Assembly: GCA_963665295.1 (NCBI GenBank) | Contig: OY762209.1 | Span: 1,632,001-1,696,000 of the forward strand | Length of the DNA stretch: 64,000 nt | Source: Syntrophorhabdaceae bacterium | GTDB taxonomy: Bacteria; Desulfobacterota; Syntrophorhabdia; Syntrophorhabdales; Syntrophorhabdaceae | Reading direction: 5' to 3' | Shown: positions 39,561-49,164 of the stretch, in pieces | Position numbering within the stretch: the stretch's first letter is position 1 | Layout of the letters: each line of letters begins with the position of its first letter | Made by a program: the position numbers and the translations under genes | Notes under the pieces: generated by a model | Told to the model about the DNA's origin: nothing | Seen by the model: only the letters and a program-made list of their open reading frames with translations | The model's database searches: none

Positions 39561-40718
39561 ATGAAGGGTCTCAAGGTAATTTGTCTTGTCCTTGCGGGAT
39601 GCTTTCTCCTTGCGGGAGTTTCGGCGGCGGCGGATACGATCAAGATCGGTCTTCTGGTTCCCCTGACCGGCGCGGCCGCGGCGGACGGCCTCTCCGCCCA
39701 GAATTCGGTGAAGCTCGCCGTGGAGCGGGTCAACGCCGAAGGAGGGCTGATGGGAAAGAAGGTGGAGCTTATCTCCTACGATGACCGGGGCGACGCGAAA
39801 GACGCGGTGGCCCTCGCGAGAAAGCTCATCGAACAGGACAAGGTGGCGGCTGTGGTGGGCGGTTCCTACAGCCAGCCGAGCAGGGCCGTGGCGCCCATTT
39901 TCCAGGAAGAGAAGATACCCTTTGTCGCCGCCTATGCGGTCCATCCCGATATTACCAAGGCAGGTAACTTCTGTTTCCGGAACGGCTTTTTGGGCCAGGT
40001 GGAAGGCAAATCTGCGGGCTACGTGGCCGTGAAGATGCTGAAGGCGAAGAGGATCGCCCTCCTTACGAGCGACAACGACTTCGGGCGCACCCTTGCCGAG
40101 GGATTCAAGTATTACATGGATAAATATGCGAAGGGCGCGGCCACGGTGGTCTCACAGCAGGTCTATCCCATGGCCGAAAAGGATTTCAAGGCCTACCTCT
40201 CCAAGATCAAACAGGAAAACCCCGACCTCATTCTCGCAAGCGGCTATTACTTTCAGACCGGTCCCATCGTGAAGCAGGCGAGAGAAATGGGCATTACCGC
40301 CCATATCCTGGGCGAAGAAGGGGCGGATTCCCCGAAATTCGTGGAGATCGCGGGAAAGCCCGCGGCTGAAGGTTTCGTGATCGTCACGAACCTCAACAGG
40401 GACGACAAGAGGCCGGAGGTCAAGAAGTTCCTCACCACCTATGAAACGAGGTTCAAGATCGAGCCCGACATGGTAGGCGCTTCCGCCTACGACGGCTTCA
40501 TGATCATCTGCGACGCCATCAAGCGGGCAAAGAGCGTGAAAGGCCCCGACATAAGGGCTGCCATAGCGTCGATCAAGAACTTCAATGGCTTGACCGGTGA
40601 AATCAAAAGATTCACCGCCGAAGGCGAGGTAGTAAAGGATGTGCAGGTCCAGATCGTAAAGAAAGGCCGTTTCCGCAACCTGGGAGTAGTAACCGAGCCG
40701 GAACTGATTACGCCTTAA
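39561..40718 (+). CDS. HAAT ABC substrate-binding protein (LivK-like)
   Basis: Signal peptide, IKIGLLVPLTG and NAEGGLMGKKVELISYDD motifs. Confidence 0.9.
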   Translation: MKGLKVICLVLAGCFLLAGVSAAADTIKIGLLVPLTGAAAADGLSAQNSVKLAVERVNAEGGLMGKKVELISYDDRGDAKDAVALARKLIEQDKVAAVVGGSYSQPSRAVAPIFQEEKIPFVAAYAVHPDITKAGNFCFRNGFLGQVEGKSAGYVAVKMLKAKRIALLTSDNDFGRTLAEGFKYYMDKYAKGAATVVSQQVYPMAEKDFKAYLSKIKQENPDLILASGYYFQTGPIVKQAREMGITAHILGEEGADSPKFVEIAGKPAAEGFVIVTNLNRDDKRPEVKKFLTTYETRFKIEPDMVGASAYDGFMIICDAIKRAKSVKGPDIRAAIASIKNFNGLTGEIKRFTAEGEVVKDVQVQIVKKGRFRNLGVVTEPELITP

Positions 40719-40729
40719 GGGCAACTCTC

Positions 40730-40761
40730 TCTCGCCCTCTCCCACAAAGGAGAGGGCGAGA
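40730..40761. terminator. hairpin between convergent genes
   Basis: TCTCGCCCTCTCC-N6-GGAGAGGGCGAGA 13-bp stem. Confidence 0.55.
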
Positions 40762-40795
40762 ACACAGCAAGACAAGGAGACTCCGGGCACACCTC

Positions 40796-41797
40796 TTACG
40801 GTTCCCGGCTGAGGACGGCGGTGAGGCATCGGGCGCTGCTGCCGTATTCTATGGTCGTGTGCAGGGGGACCGTGATTGCTTCCATGCCGCGCTTTCGGTA
40901 TTCCCGTGCGATCCGCTCATATTGCGCTGCCACGACAATGGTGTCGGGATCGATGGAGAGGTTGTTGGCTCCTGCCCGTTCTTCCGGAGCGACCAAGATC
41001 TTATCCCAGCTTTTGAGCGGTCCGGGGAGGTCATCGACGAGGGCCGCAGGGCAGTAGGTGAGGAGTCCCGGCCGGTTGAGGCTCAAGACCCAGTCGAGGT
41101 GGAAGCGTTCCGGGGCGAGGCGGATAAGGTGCACCTTGTAATCGCGTCCCAGGAATTGCCGCAGCCAGTCGAGGCCGCGCTCGTTCGAGGCGTTTCCCGA
41201 CATGCCCACGTACACGTTGAACCCGTCCGTCATGATATCCCCGTTCTCGATATAGAGATCGTCGTCCCTGTAATGGGGTGAAGGGGGAGGCGTGGCGACA
41301 TAGCGGACATCTGCGCCCTTGATCAGCTTTTCGAGGACCGGGCGGACCACCCATACCTGTTTGCGTCGGAAGGGATACCTGAAGGAATTGAGGAGGATCA
41401 CGTTGTGGCCGATGACCCTGAAGAAATCGGCGCCCCCGAAGAGCATGTCCCCTCTCTGGATATGGGCGAGAAAATCCTTCTCCTCGGGATAGCGGAGTGG
41501 CTTTGTCCGGTGCACTATAACCCCGTGGTCCTGAAGCACCTTTACGTGCCCTTCGATCTGTTCCCTGAGAAGCGCGAATTCCCCGGGAAAAACATCAATA
41601 GTCTTTTTTCCCGCGCACTCCTTGAGGGCCCGCACGTCCGCTTCACGGAGCCACTTCATGGCCGGGATATAGTCCATTTCGACCGTGTCATCCACAATGC
41701 CGACCACCGCTTCCTTCAGACGGCCCCATTCATTATAGACGCCTATGGTTCTCTTCTCCTTGCTCCCGGTGGCGCGCCCGCCGGACGTCTTGTCCAT
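40796..41797 (-). CDS. amidinotransferase/arginine deiminase-superfamily enzyme
   Basis: YNEWGRLKEAVVG, IENGD, FHLD and C-terminal ARCLT (catalytic Asp/His/Cys); AGGAGG RBS. Confidence 0.82.
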   Translation of the reverse strand: MDKTSGGRATGSKEKRTIGVYNEWGRLKEAVVGIVDDTVEMDYIPAMKWLREADVRALKECAGKKTIDVFPGEFALLREQIEGHVKVLQDHGVIVHRTKPLRYPEEKDFLAHIQRGDMLFGGADFFRVIGHNVILLNSFRYPFRRKQVWVVRPVLEKLIKGADVRYVATPPPSPHYRDDDLYIENGDIMTDGFNVYVGMSGNASNERGLDWLRQFLGRDYKVHLIRLAPERFHLDWVLSLNRPGLLTYCPAALVDDLPGPLKSWDKILVAPEERAGANNLSIDPDTIVVAAQYERIAREYRKRGMEAITVPLHTTIEYGSSARCLTAVLSREP

Positions 41798-41897
41798 GGT
41801 ATTATTCCTCCTGTAGTCATCCGGGAAAGGTGCAGTCGGTCGTCGTGACTCATTCCCGGAGACTGATCTTTGATGTCGCATGGAGTGTGTACCCTCT

Positions 41898-43442
41898 TTA
41901 TCCGTCCGCATTCGTGTCCAAAGCGCGACGAATGGCCCGGGCTAATTCCTGCCTGACGAGGGGTTTCATGACAAATTGGCTGATGCCTGCAAGCTTTGCC
42001 GTCTCCCGGGAAACCGTTTCACTGTGGCCGGTGCAAAGGATAATGGGGATGTCGTTTCTTATCTTAAGGATCTCTTTGGAGAGTTGCAGACCGGTCATTC
42101 CCGACATGGTCTGGTCGGTAATAACAAGATCGAATCGGGAAGGACCGGCGGAAAAGATATTCACCGCTTCTTTACTGTCCGTCACGGCAGTCACTGTATA
42201 GCCGAGCCTCTCAAGCACCGCCTCGCCCCACTCGACAAGCATCTGTTCATCATCTACGAAGAGGATCCTCTCCCTGCCTCCGCACGTTTGAACCCCGGAT
42301 ACGCGTTCTTCTTCGATCCCGGTCTTTATTTTGGGGAGAAGGACCCGGAAAGTGGAGCCGACGCCGGGCTCGCTTTCCACGGTAATGGTACCCTGGAGGT
42401 CCTTCACAATCCCATAAACGACTGCGAGGCCCATTCCCGTACCCTTGCCGACTTCCCGCGTGGTAAAGAAAGGCTCGAAGACCCGTTTCATCACATGGGG
42501 GCTCATGCCGACACCGGTATCCTTCACTGTGAGGTGGAGATACTCTCCCGGCAGCACCTCAACCCCTACTATGGGCGAGTCGGGCATGAAGTCTATATCG
42601 GCGAGGCCTATATCCAGGATTCCTCCCTTATCTTGCATGGCAAGGGAGGCGTTCGCGGCGAGATTCATGAGTATCTGCTGTATTTCCACCGCAGAGGCAA
42701 AGACCATGCCGGAGCTCGCCGTATTCGTAAACCTGATCTCAACCGTGGCAGGGATGGAAGCCCTCAGAAGCTGGATGGTCTCGTTCATGAGAGGGGTGAG
42801 GGAGAGAGGGGCCCTCTTGTAATTAGTCTTCCTGCTGAACGTGAGAATCTGTTTCACAAGTTCTCTTGCCCTCATTGCCGACTTGAGGACTTTCTGGAGG
42901 CTAATCACTATCTCCGGGCGGTCCGAAGCGTCTTCCACAGCCATCTCGGTGAAGCCGAGGATAGCAGCGAGGATATTGTTGAAGTCATGGGCGATGCCTC
43001 CGGCAAGGGTACCCATGGCCTCCATCTTCTGGGCCTGGCGGAGCTTTTCCTCGGTAATCCTTTGGGTGATTGCGTACCGGATGGAGCGTTCGAGAAGGGG
43101 ACCGTTAATCTGTCCCTTCACGAGGTAGTCCGACGCCCCCAGGCGCATGGCTTCCATGTCCGTTTCGTAATCTCCCTGTCCGGTTATGAAGATGACGGGA
43201 GATGCAAGACCCCTCTTCCTTATTTCTCCAAGGAGTTCCAGCCCGGTTCGCTCGCCCAGGTAATAGTCGAGGAGGTAGACGTCGTAACGGGTCTTTTCCA
43301 TGGCCTCCAGGGCCTTCTCGTAGCTCGAAGCCCACTCCAGCTCATATCTCGTGGAAGTCATCTTTGAGAGCATGCCTCTGACGAGTACATAATCATCCTC
43401 ATCGTCTTCGATGAGCAGGACCCATATCCTGGTCTTGTCCAT
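41898..43442 (-). CDS. hybrid sensor kinase (REC-HisKA-HATPase-REC)
   Basis: LLIEDDEDD, GGIAHDFNN, GKGTGMGL and ILFVDDE motifs. Confidence 0.92.
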   Translation of the reverse strand: MDKTRIWVLLIEDDEDDYVLVRGMLSKMTSTRYELEWASSYEKALEAMEKTRYDVYLLDYYLGERTGLELLGEIRKRGLASPVIFITGQGDYETDMEAMRLGASDYLVKGQINGPLLERSIRYAITQRITEEKLRQAQKMEAMGTLAGGIAHDFNNILAAILGFTEMAVEDASDRPEIVISLQKVLKSAMRARELVKQILTFSRKTNYKRAPLSLTPLMNETIQLLRASIPATVEIRFTNTASSGMVFASAVEIQQILMNLAANASLAMQDKGGILDIGLADIDFMPDSPIVGVEVLPGEYLHLTVKDTGVGMSPHVMKRVFEPFFTTREVGKGTGMGLAVVYGIVKDLQGTITVESEPGVGSTFRVLLPKIKTGIEEERVSGVQTCGGRERILFVDDEQMLVEWGEAVLERLGYTVTAVTDSKEAVNIFSAGPSRFDLVITDQTMSGMTGLQLSKEILKIRNDIPIILCTGHSETVSRETAKLAGISQFVMKPLVRQELARAIRRALDTNADG

Positions 43443-43443
43443 G

Positions 43444-43926
43444 TCATACCCCTTTTGGAAAATCCACATTTCTTGCGTCAAGTGGAAGTTCCACGATTTC
43501 AAACCAGTATTTGCCCAGGGATTTCACCACTTCCACGAGGCCATCGAAGGTCACGGGTTTTGTGATATATGAATTGGCGCCCAGGTTATAACTTTTGAGC
43601 ACGTCTTCCTCGTTTTTGGACGTGGTTAACACTACAACGGGGATTTCACGGAGGGAAGGATCTTCCTTGATTTCTTTGAGTGCTTCGCGCCCGTCCTTCC
43701 TTGGCATGTTGAGGTCAAGAAGGATGAGCCCCGGACGCGGCGCCTGGTCGGGATCATCATATCTTCCCCGCCGATAAAGATAGTCCATGAGGTCCTCACC
43801 ATCGTTGACAAACCTGAGGTCGTTGCGCAGCCGCCCGGCCTTGAATGCCTTGGATACGAGCAGACAGTCGTCCGGGTCGTCGTCGGCCATGAGGATGGTG
43901 ATCGTTCTGCAAGCACTATCGTTCAT
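43444..43926 (-). CDS. single-domain response regulator (Rcp1-like)
   Basis: ADDDPDD, LILLDLNMP, VVVLTTS and GANSYITKP motifs. Confidence 0.92.
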   Translation of the reverse strand: MNDSACRTITILMADDDPDDCLLVSKAFKAGRLRNDLRFVNDGEDLMDYLYRRGRYDDPDQAPRPGLILLDLNMPRKDGREALKEIKEDPSLREIPVVVLTTSKNEEDVLKSYNLGANSYITKPVTFDGLVEVVKSLGKYWFEIVELPLDARNVDFPKGV

Positions 43927-45812
43927 TCGGTTCCTCCTCTTGGTTGTTTCACGGGGAGGCTCACGATAAATGTCGTGCCCTTTCCCGGAGTGCTCTTCGC
44001 GGTGATGTCTCCGCCATGGCGGTCCACGATCTTCCGGCATATGGCAAGACCGATGCCCGTTCCCTCATGGACTCCGCGCCCGTGGAGCCGCTGGAAGAGC
44101 GTAAAGATGCGGTCGAGATATTTTTCGTCAAAGCCTATGCCGTTATCTTCCACGAATATTTTGAACTCACGGGCCTTTGACTGTCCCTCTATTTCGTCGG
44201 GGCCTGCCGGCAGCCCATAGACTTTGACCACCGGCCTTTCCTCTCCATGAAACTTGAGGGCATTCCCGATGAGGTTCTGAAAGAGCTGGACCATCTGGAC
44301 CGGATCGGCCTCAATCATAGGGAGGCCATCGATTTCGACCCGTCCGCCCGTGTCTCTTATGCTTGCCTCCAGGTTGCCTGTCGCTTCGTTGGCCGCGGCC
44401 GTAAGGTCGATATGGGAGAAGGGCCTTGCTTTCGTCGTCACCCGGGAGTAGTTGAGGAGGGCCTCGATGAGGGCCTGCATCCGGGTAGCCGCACCCTGCA
44501 TCCGGTCCAGGTAATCGGCCCCTTCGGCATCGAGGGCTGCGGCGCAGTCGGTTCTCAACTGGTCTCCAAAGGCCCGTATCTTTCTGAGAGGCTCCTGGAG
44601 GTCGTGGGATGCGACAAAAGCAAAATCCTGAAGCTCCCGGTTGCTCGCTTCAAGCTGGGCCGCATGCCTTCTTGTCTCGTCTTCAGCACGTTTTCGCTCG
44701 GTAATGTCTATGTTGATCTCCAGGACGTCCATGGGCCTGCCCGCCTCGCCCAGCCTGACCGCATGCCTGCTGAGAACGGTAAGGTTCGACCCATCCTTCC
44801 TCGTATGGACGAGTTCCCCGTCCCACCGGCCTTCGCGGGTCAGCGCCGCCATGTACTCGTCAATTGATAAGGGCCACCGTGTTTTAAGAAGGATGTGAAT
44901 CACGTTGCCCACGGCTTCCGCCTTGGTCCAGCCATAGGTTTCTTCCGCTCCGCGGCTCCAGAAGACAATCCTGCCATCGAGGTCTTTCACGATGATGGCC
45001 TCGTGGGATAGTTCAATCAAATCGGCCTGGCGTCGTACCGCTTCCTCGGACCGGGCGCGCGCAACCGCCTCCTGCCGCAATGTTGCGTAGGACGTCTTCA
45101 GCTCCTCTGCCATATGGTTGAGCGCCCGGGACAGCCGGCCCAGTTCATCGTCGGTCACGACAGGGACTACATAGTCAAGGTTACCCCCTCCGATGGCCCG
45201 GGTCCCTTCTTCCAGTTTCCCGAGAGCGACGGAAGTGCGCCTCATTATGGAAAGGGAGACAAGAAGGACGAGGACGGAAAAGAAACCTGCAAAACCGAGA
45301 GTGAAGAGGTTGGCTCTCTTTTGAGCGGTTGAGACCTCTTTCTCGGCCTCCTTTTCGAGCCGCTCGGCGTCGGACGCCATCTCGCGCACCCGCTCCAATA
45401 CCTGGGCGGTGAGGCGGTTTTCGAGTTCCGCCTTGTCTATGGTCTTTGTCGGCTCTTTCATCCATGAGTCCGAAAGTCGGGCAAGAAGCAGAGTGATACC
45501 CTGCTGATCCTGACGTAACCTGCTCAGGATGACTTCTTCTTCCGGTTTTTCCGATTTCGTCTGGGAAATAAGTCTGGTCAGGGACGTTTCAATCTGATTG
45601 AGTTGCATTTCCGGCCGTTCTTCGTGACGGAGCAGGAGATAATGGACGACAAGGCTGAGGTCCGATACGTTCCGTCGTATCCGGGCGGCCGCTTCACCTT
45701 TTAGCCGGACATGATTTACCTCGCGGCCCGTGTACGCATACATGGACGCAATGATAAGGAAGAGGCCGAGGGGGAGGACGGCACTGATCGTAAGCCTTGT
45801 CCTTATCTTCAA
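43923..45812 (-). CDS. membrane sensor histidine kinase (HAMP, PAS)
   Basis: Two TM segments, HAMP DELGRL, ASHDLQEPLR and GTGIGLAIC motifs. Confidence 0.92.
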   Translation of the reverse strand: MKIRTRLTISAVLPLGLFLIIASMYAYTGREVNHVRLKGEAAARIRRNVSDLSLVVHYLLLRHEERPEMQLNQIETSLTRLISQTKSEKPEEEVILSRLRQDQQGITLLLARLSDSWMKEPTKTIDKAELENRLTAQVLERVREMASDAERLEKEAEKEVSTAQKRANLFTLGFAGFFSVLVLLVSLSIMRRTSVALGKLEEGTRAIGGGNLDYVVPVVTDDELGRLSRALNHMAEELKTSYATLRQEAVARARSEEAVRRQADLIELSHEAIIVKDLDGRIVFWSRGAEETYGWTKAEAVGNVIHILLKTRWPLSIDEYMAALTREGRWDGELVHTRKDGSNLTVLSRHAVRLGEAGRPMDVLEINIDITERKRAEDETRRHAAQLEASNRELQDFAFVASHDLQEPLRKIRAFGDQLRTDCAAALDAEGADYLDRMQGAATRMQALIEALLNYSRVTTKARPFSHIDLTAAANEATGNLEASIRDTGGRVEIDGLPMIEADPVQMVQLFQNLIGNALKFHGEERPVVKVYGLPAGPDEIEGQSKAREFKIFVEDNGIGFDEKYLDRIFTLFQRLHGRGVHEGTGIGLAICRKIVDRHGGDITAKSTPGKGTTFIVSLPVKQPRGGTE

Positions 45813-46894
45813 AGCCTTGCACCGATTATGGTCAGAGTGTCGGGGCGGACCGATCTGAGTCCGTCCACATAAATGCTTTCCATAAAGTTGGGTACCATGG
45901 TATCCGGCACGGGTTTGTTCCCTTTGGCCCAGTTGGCCTGGTTTTCGAGGTTGATGAGAAGCGACTGATCAAGGGCCACCAGGAAATAGTAGCTCTTCCA
46001 TACGGCCTGAAGATCGGTCTTATCCATCCCCAGACGTGTTGCAGCAATCAGGATTGCCTTTTCAGGTTCCCTGCCGATGAAGGCTTCCGCTTTTACGAGG
46101 GCCCGCAGCATCTTTCTCACAGTCTCCGGCCTGTTTGCGACAAAATGAGGCGAGCCGACGAGGTTCCACGTCATCCGATAAAGCCCGGTGGCGTAGTAAA
46201 CCTCCACGACGGCACCCATGGCTTTCCTGATGTCCGCTATGTGCGGCTCCCAGGTTGAAACCGCATCGACACGGCCGCTCTGCAGCGCCTCTTTCATGCG
46301 CTCAGGATTCAGAGGAACAATCTTCGTGCTGCTCTTCGGTACGCCGTGAAAGAGGAGAAATATGGCGAGAAGGTAATCCCCGGTTGTGTGGGGCGTAACG
46401 CCTATCCTCTTTCCCTCGAGGTCCGGGGGGCTCGATATTCCTTTATCCTTTCTCGCCGCTATTGCGGTGATGGCCTCGGAAGTGGCAACGGTTGCCACGA
46501 TAGAGAGCTTGCGGCCCGTCACTATGGCCCGCATGATCGGGGTCTCGGCGCAGGTTGCCATATCGTGTTCTCCGTTCAACATGGAGTCGAGGGCTTCTTT
46601 GCCGGAGTTAAAATCGTGAAAGGTTACATCCAGGCCCTCGTCCTTGAAATAGCCTCGCTCCAGGGCGACCCAGAGAGGGGCCGATACGGGGATGTTGTTT
46701 ACGGCGATGGTCAGTTTTTCGAGTGGCGCTGTTCTTCGCGCAAAGAGTCCCCCCTCGCCGCGCCAGGAATAGACGATGATCGATAGTCCGAGAGGGATTG
46801 AGATGACTATGGCCCACAGCAGCCGTTTCCTTCTCTGTCTGCCCCGGTCCGGGGAGCCTGTAGTTTCGCCTTGAGGTTCGGTCAATTTACCCAT
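45809..46894 (-). CDS. SsuA/TauA/NMT1-type substrate-binding protein
   Basis: ERGYFKDEGLDV, DLEGKRIG and GRVDAVSTWEP motifs. Confidence 0.85.
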   Translation of the reverse strand: MGKLTEPQGETTGSPDRGRQRRKRLLWAIVISIPLGLSIIVYSWRGEGGLFARRTAPLEKLTIAVNNIPVSAPLWVALERGYFKDEGLDVTFHDFNSGKEALDSMLNGEHDMATCAETPIMRAIVTGRKLSIVATVATSEAITAIAARKDKGISSPPDLEGKRIGVTPHTTGDYLLAIFLLFHGVPKSSTKIVPLNPERMKEALQSGRVDAVSTWEPHIADIRKAMGAVVEVYYATGLYRMTWNLVGSPHFVANRPETVRKMLRALVKAEAFIGREPEKAILIAATRLGMDKTDLQAVWKSYYFLVALDQSLLINLENQANWAKGNKPVPDTMVPNFMESIYVDGLRSVRPDTLTIIGARL

Positions 46895-47891
46895 GGATGA
46901 TTCCCACCGCCTGAGGCTTCACCTTCCCCAGTAGATGCCAATCGATGTATTCCAGATAATTCGGCATGCCTTTTCCTTCCGATCCCTTTCGCTTCATAAG
47001 CCACCTGGCCTCTTCCTCCATCAGGTGGAACAGACTCTGATCGAGCCGCACCTCATATATCTGCTGCGACCATATGAGGGAGGCATATTGATCGTCGAGG
47101 TTCAGCCTTCTTTTTACGATGGCCTGTGCCTCCGCACGATTGTCTGCAACAAACTTTTGAGCCTCCAGCAGCGAGGAGAGGAGTCGTTCCAGGGTAATTC
47201 CGGAAGATTGGAGAAACTCTTTACCGGTGAGAAGGAGGAAGAAATAGTTCTGTCGCTCCTGAAACGGCCATGAGATTGCATTGGATTCCAGGCGCTGACG
47301 GGCGTAAAACGTGTAGGGGCTGAAGGCGATAATAGCATCGACCGAACCGGCAGCCAGGGCTTCGACGGCCTCCACGGGCGTGAAATCCGCTATGGTGACG
47401 GATGAGACCGGAATACCGTAAAATGTGAGAAAAGAATCAAGGAAGAACTCAAGTGCCGTTCCGCGCACGGTGCCCATTCTCTTGCCTTTAAGGTCGGCGA
47501 CCGACTCGATCCCGCGGTCTTTCCGGGCAATGATCTCGCAGTCCTCAACCCTTGCGATCGATGCAATGGCTCTTAAGTCCGCACCGGCCATGTTTTTGTT
47601 TACCAGCAAGAACTCCGCCGCAGTCGCGACTTCCACTTCACCTGCGACGAGTCCCGCCGCCGCCAGCGCTCCTGCCTGATAGTCCTTGATAGACACGTCC
47701 AGCCCGTGCTTTGCAAAGAACCCTTTTTCCTGGGCTACGAAGGCGAGAAGGCTCATGGGCGTTTTTGCGACGCCAAATCTAAGCTTCAAAGGTGCGAGAC
47801 GGCCATGATGAAAGCGCGTTATCGCAACGGCGAGGACGACCAGACAGACAAGACCGGCCACCATAATAAGGATAAGCTGTTTTCGCTTCAT
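46887..47891 (-). CDS. SsuA/TauA/NMT1-type substrate-binding protein
   Basis: EKGFFAKHGLDV, DLKGKRMG and GSVDA motifs. Confidence 0.85.
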   Translation of the reverse strand: MKRKQLILIMVAGLVCLVVLAVAITRFHHGRLAPLKLRFGVAKTPMSLLAFVAQEKGFFAKHGLDVSIKDYQAGALAAAGLVAGEVEVATAAEFLLVNKNMAGADLRAIASIARVEDCEIIARKDRGIESVADLKGKRMGTVRGTALEFFLDSFLTFYGIPVSSVTIADFTPVEAVEALAAGSVDAIIAFSPYTFYARQRLESNAISWPFQERQNYFFLLLTGKEFLQSSGITLERLLSSLLEAQKFVADNRAEAQAIVKRRLNLDDQYASLIWSQQIYEVRLDQSLFHLMEEEARWLMKRKGSEGKGMPNYLEYIDWHLLGKVKPQAVGIIHG

Positions 47892-48188
47892 CAATTTCTC
47901 CAGAATTATTATATCCAATCAATAAGACAATGTAAATCGTGGCACACCGGCGGGCCGGGCCTCAACGGACAATGATCGACCATGATTGATTCCTAATCCG
48001 TATCAGGCCGACTCCCCGTTCGCCTATACATTGTCCTTTAAATCAAATCCCCTTTCAAGGGGAGAACAGGAACCGGGTAAGGGCGGAAACGGCCCATTTC
48101 CCAAAGAATAATACAGGCGATTGCTTTCATAAACGATTCAGGGGGAATTGGTTTGTCGCTATTTGTTGTTTTTACCGGGACACAGTCC

Positions 48189-48464
48189 CTAGCTTCGGTA
48201 ATCTTCGAGGCGTCGGTCCATTTCCCGGCGGTAGAGGGCTTCGAATTCGGGCGATTCATATTTGAGGCCCCGATTTGCCCGGAGGATTTCGGAAGCAACC
48301 TTATCCCTGTAATTGGCTTGGCCGGCCCGGTCGCCGGGATACATTTCCTCGGCGACATCATGAAGCCTTCTCCTGCTCTTAACCGCCCGCGCGATGGGAA
48401 TGGCCGCATACACGAGGAGGGTAAGGGCGGCGACTGTCGATAAGCTCCATATGAATATTTCCAT
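48189..48464 (-). CDS. small hypothetical membrane-anchored protein
   Basis: GAGGAG RBS; N-terminal hydrophobic helix. Confidence 0.55.
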   Translation of the reverse strand: MEIFIWSLSTVAALTLLVYAAIPIARAVKSRRRLHDVAEEMYPGDRAGQANYRDKVASEILRANRGLKYESPEFEALYRREMDRRLEDYRS

Positions 48465-48743
48465 TTTGTCTCCTCAAAGACCAGCCGGGCAGTCTTCCGG
48501 GCGCCATCAACCTTGAATCGGAATACCTGAACCGTCTTTCGCCGCGCGGACTCTTCCTGCTTGATCCTTGTCATATATTACATCATATCGTCGTGTTATT
48601 AAAGACAAATCGGGCGAAGGGGCCGGAGACGGCGTTGCGGGAAGGTTTCCCCGCCGGCCCCTTCGGGAGTAGGAGGAGTTGTTTTTACTTGTAAATTAGT
48701 GCATATTTCAGTAAATAGAGAGAAAGAAACCAGGAGGGACCAG

Positions 48744-48845
48744 ATGGCGAAAACTCAGGAGATCAAGAAAGAGGCAAAGAAGAAACCACTGAAGACCCTG
48801 AAAGAAAAACGCCTTGAGAAGAAGGCAAAAAAAGAGGATAAATAG
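48744..48845 (+). CDS. 33-aa lysine-rich small protein
   Basis: GGAGG RBS; MAKTQEIKKEAKKKPLKTLKEKRLEKKAKKEDK; below the ORF-track size cut-off. Confidence 0.7.
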   Translation: MAKTQEIKKEAKKKPLKTLKEKRLEKKAKKEDK

Positions 48846-49164
48846 ACCTTTCGGGAATGACTCGATCACCTTCCGGACGGTTTTCACCGGCCGGGGAGAT
48901 CATTACAGAAAGTGCCTTTTGGGAACGTAGCCTTCGCTTCCGCCGTGTCTCCAAAGGGGATTCCTCCTTTTGTTCGCACTTATGCCGGTTGTCCTCCCAC
49001 CCTTTTCTATTTCAACGTATTTCAACCGAATAATCCGAGGACGCTCCGGTTGCCCCGTGAGGGCCCCACGTAGCGCCCGGGCCTATTTGCACGGCCTCTC
49101 TCCCGGGGTCGTACCCGGAAGAACAGGGCGAGTCCTTTTACGCAGCGGTTCATCCGGGCATTGA

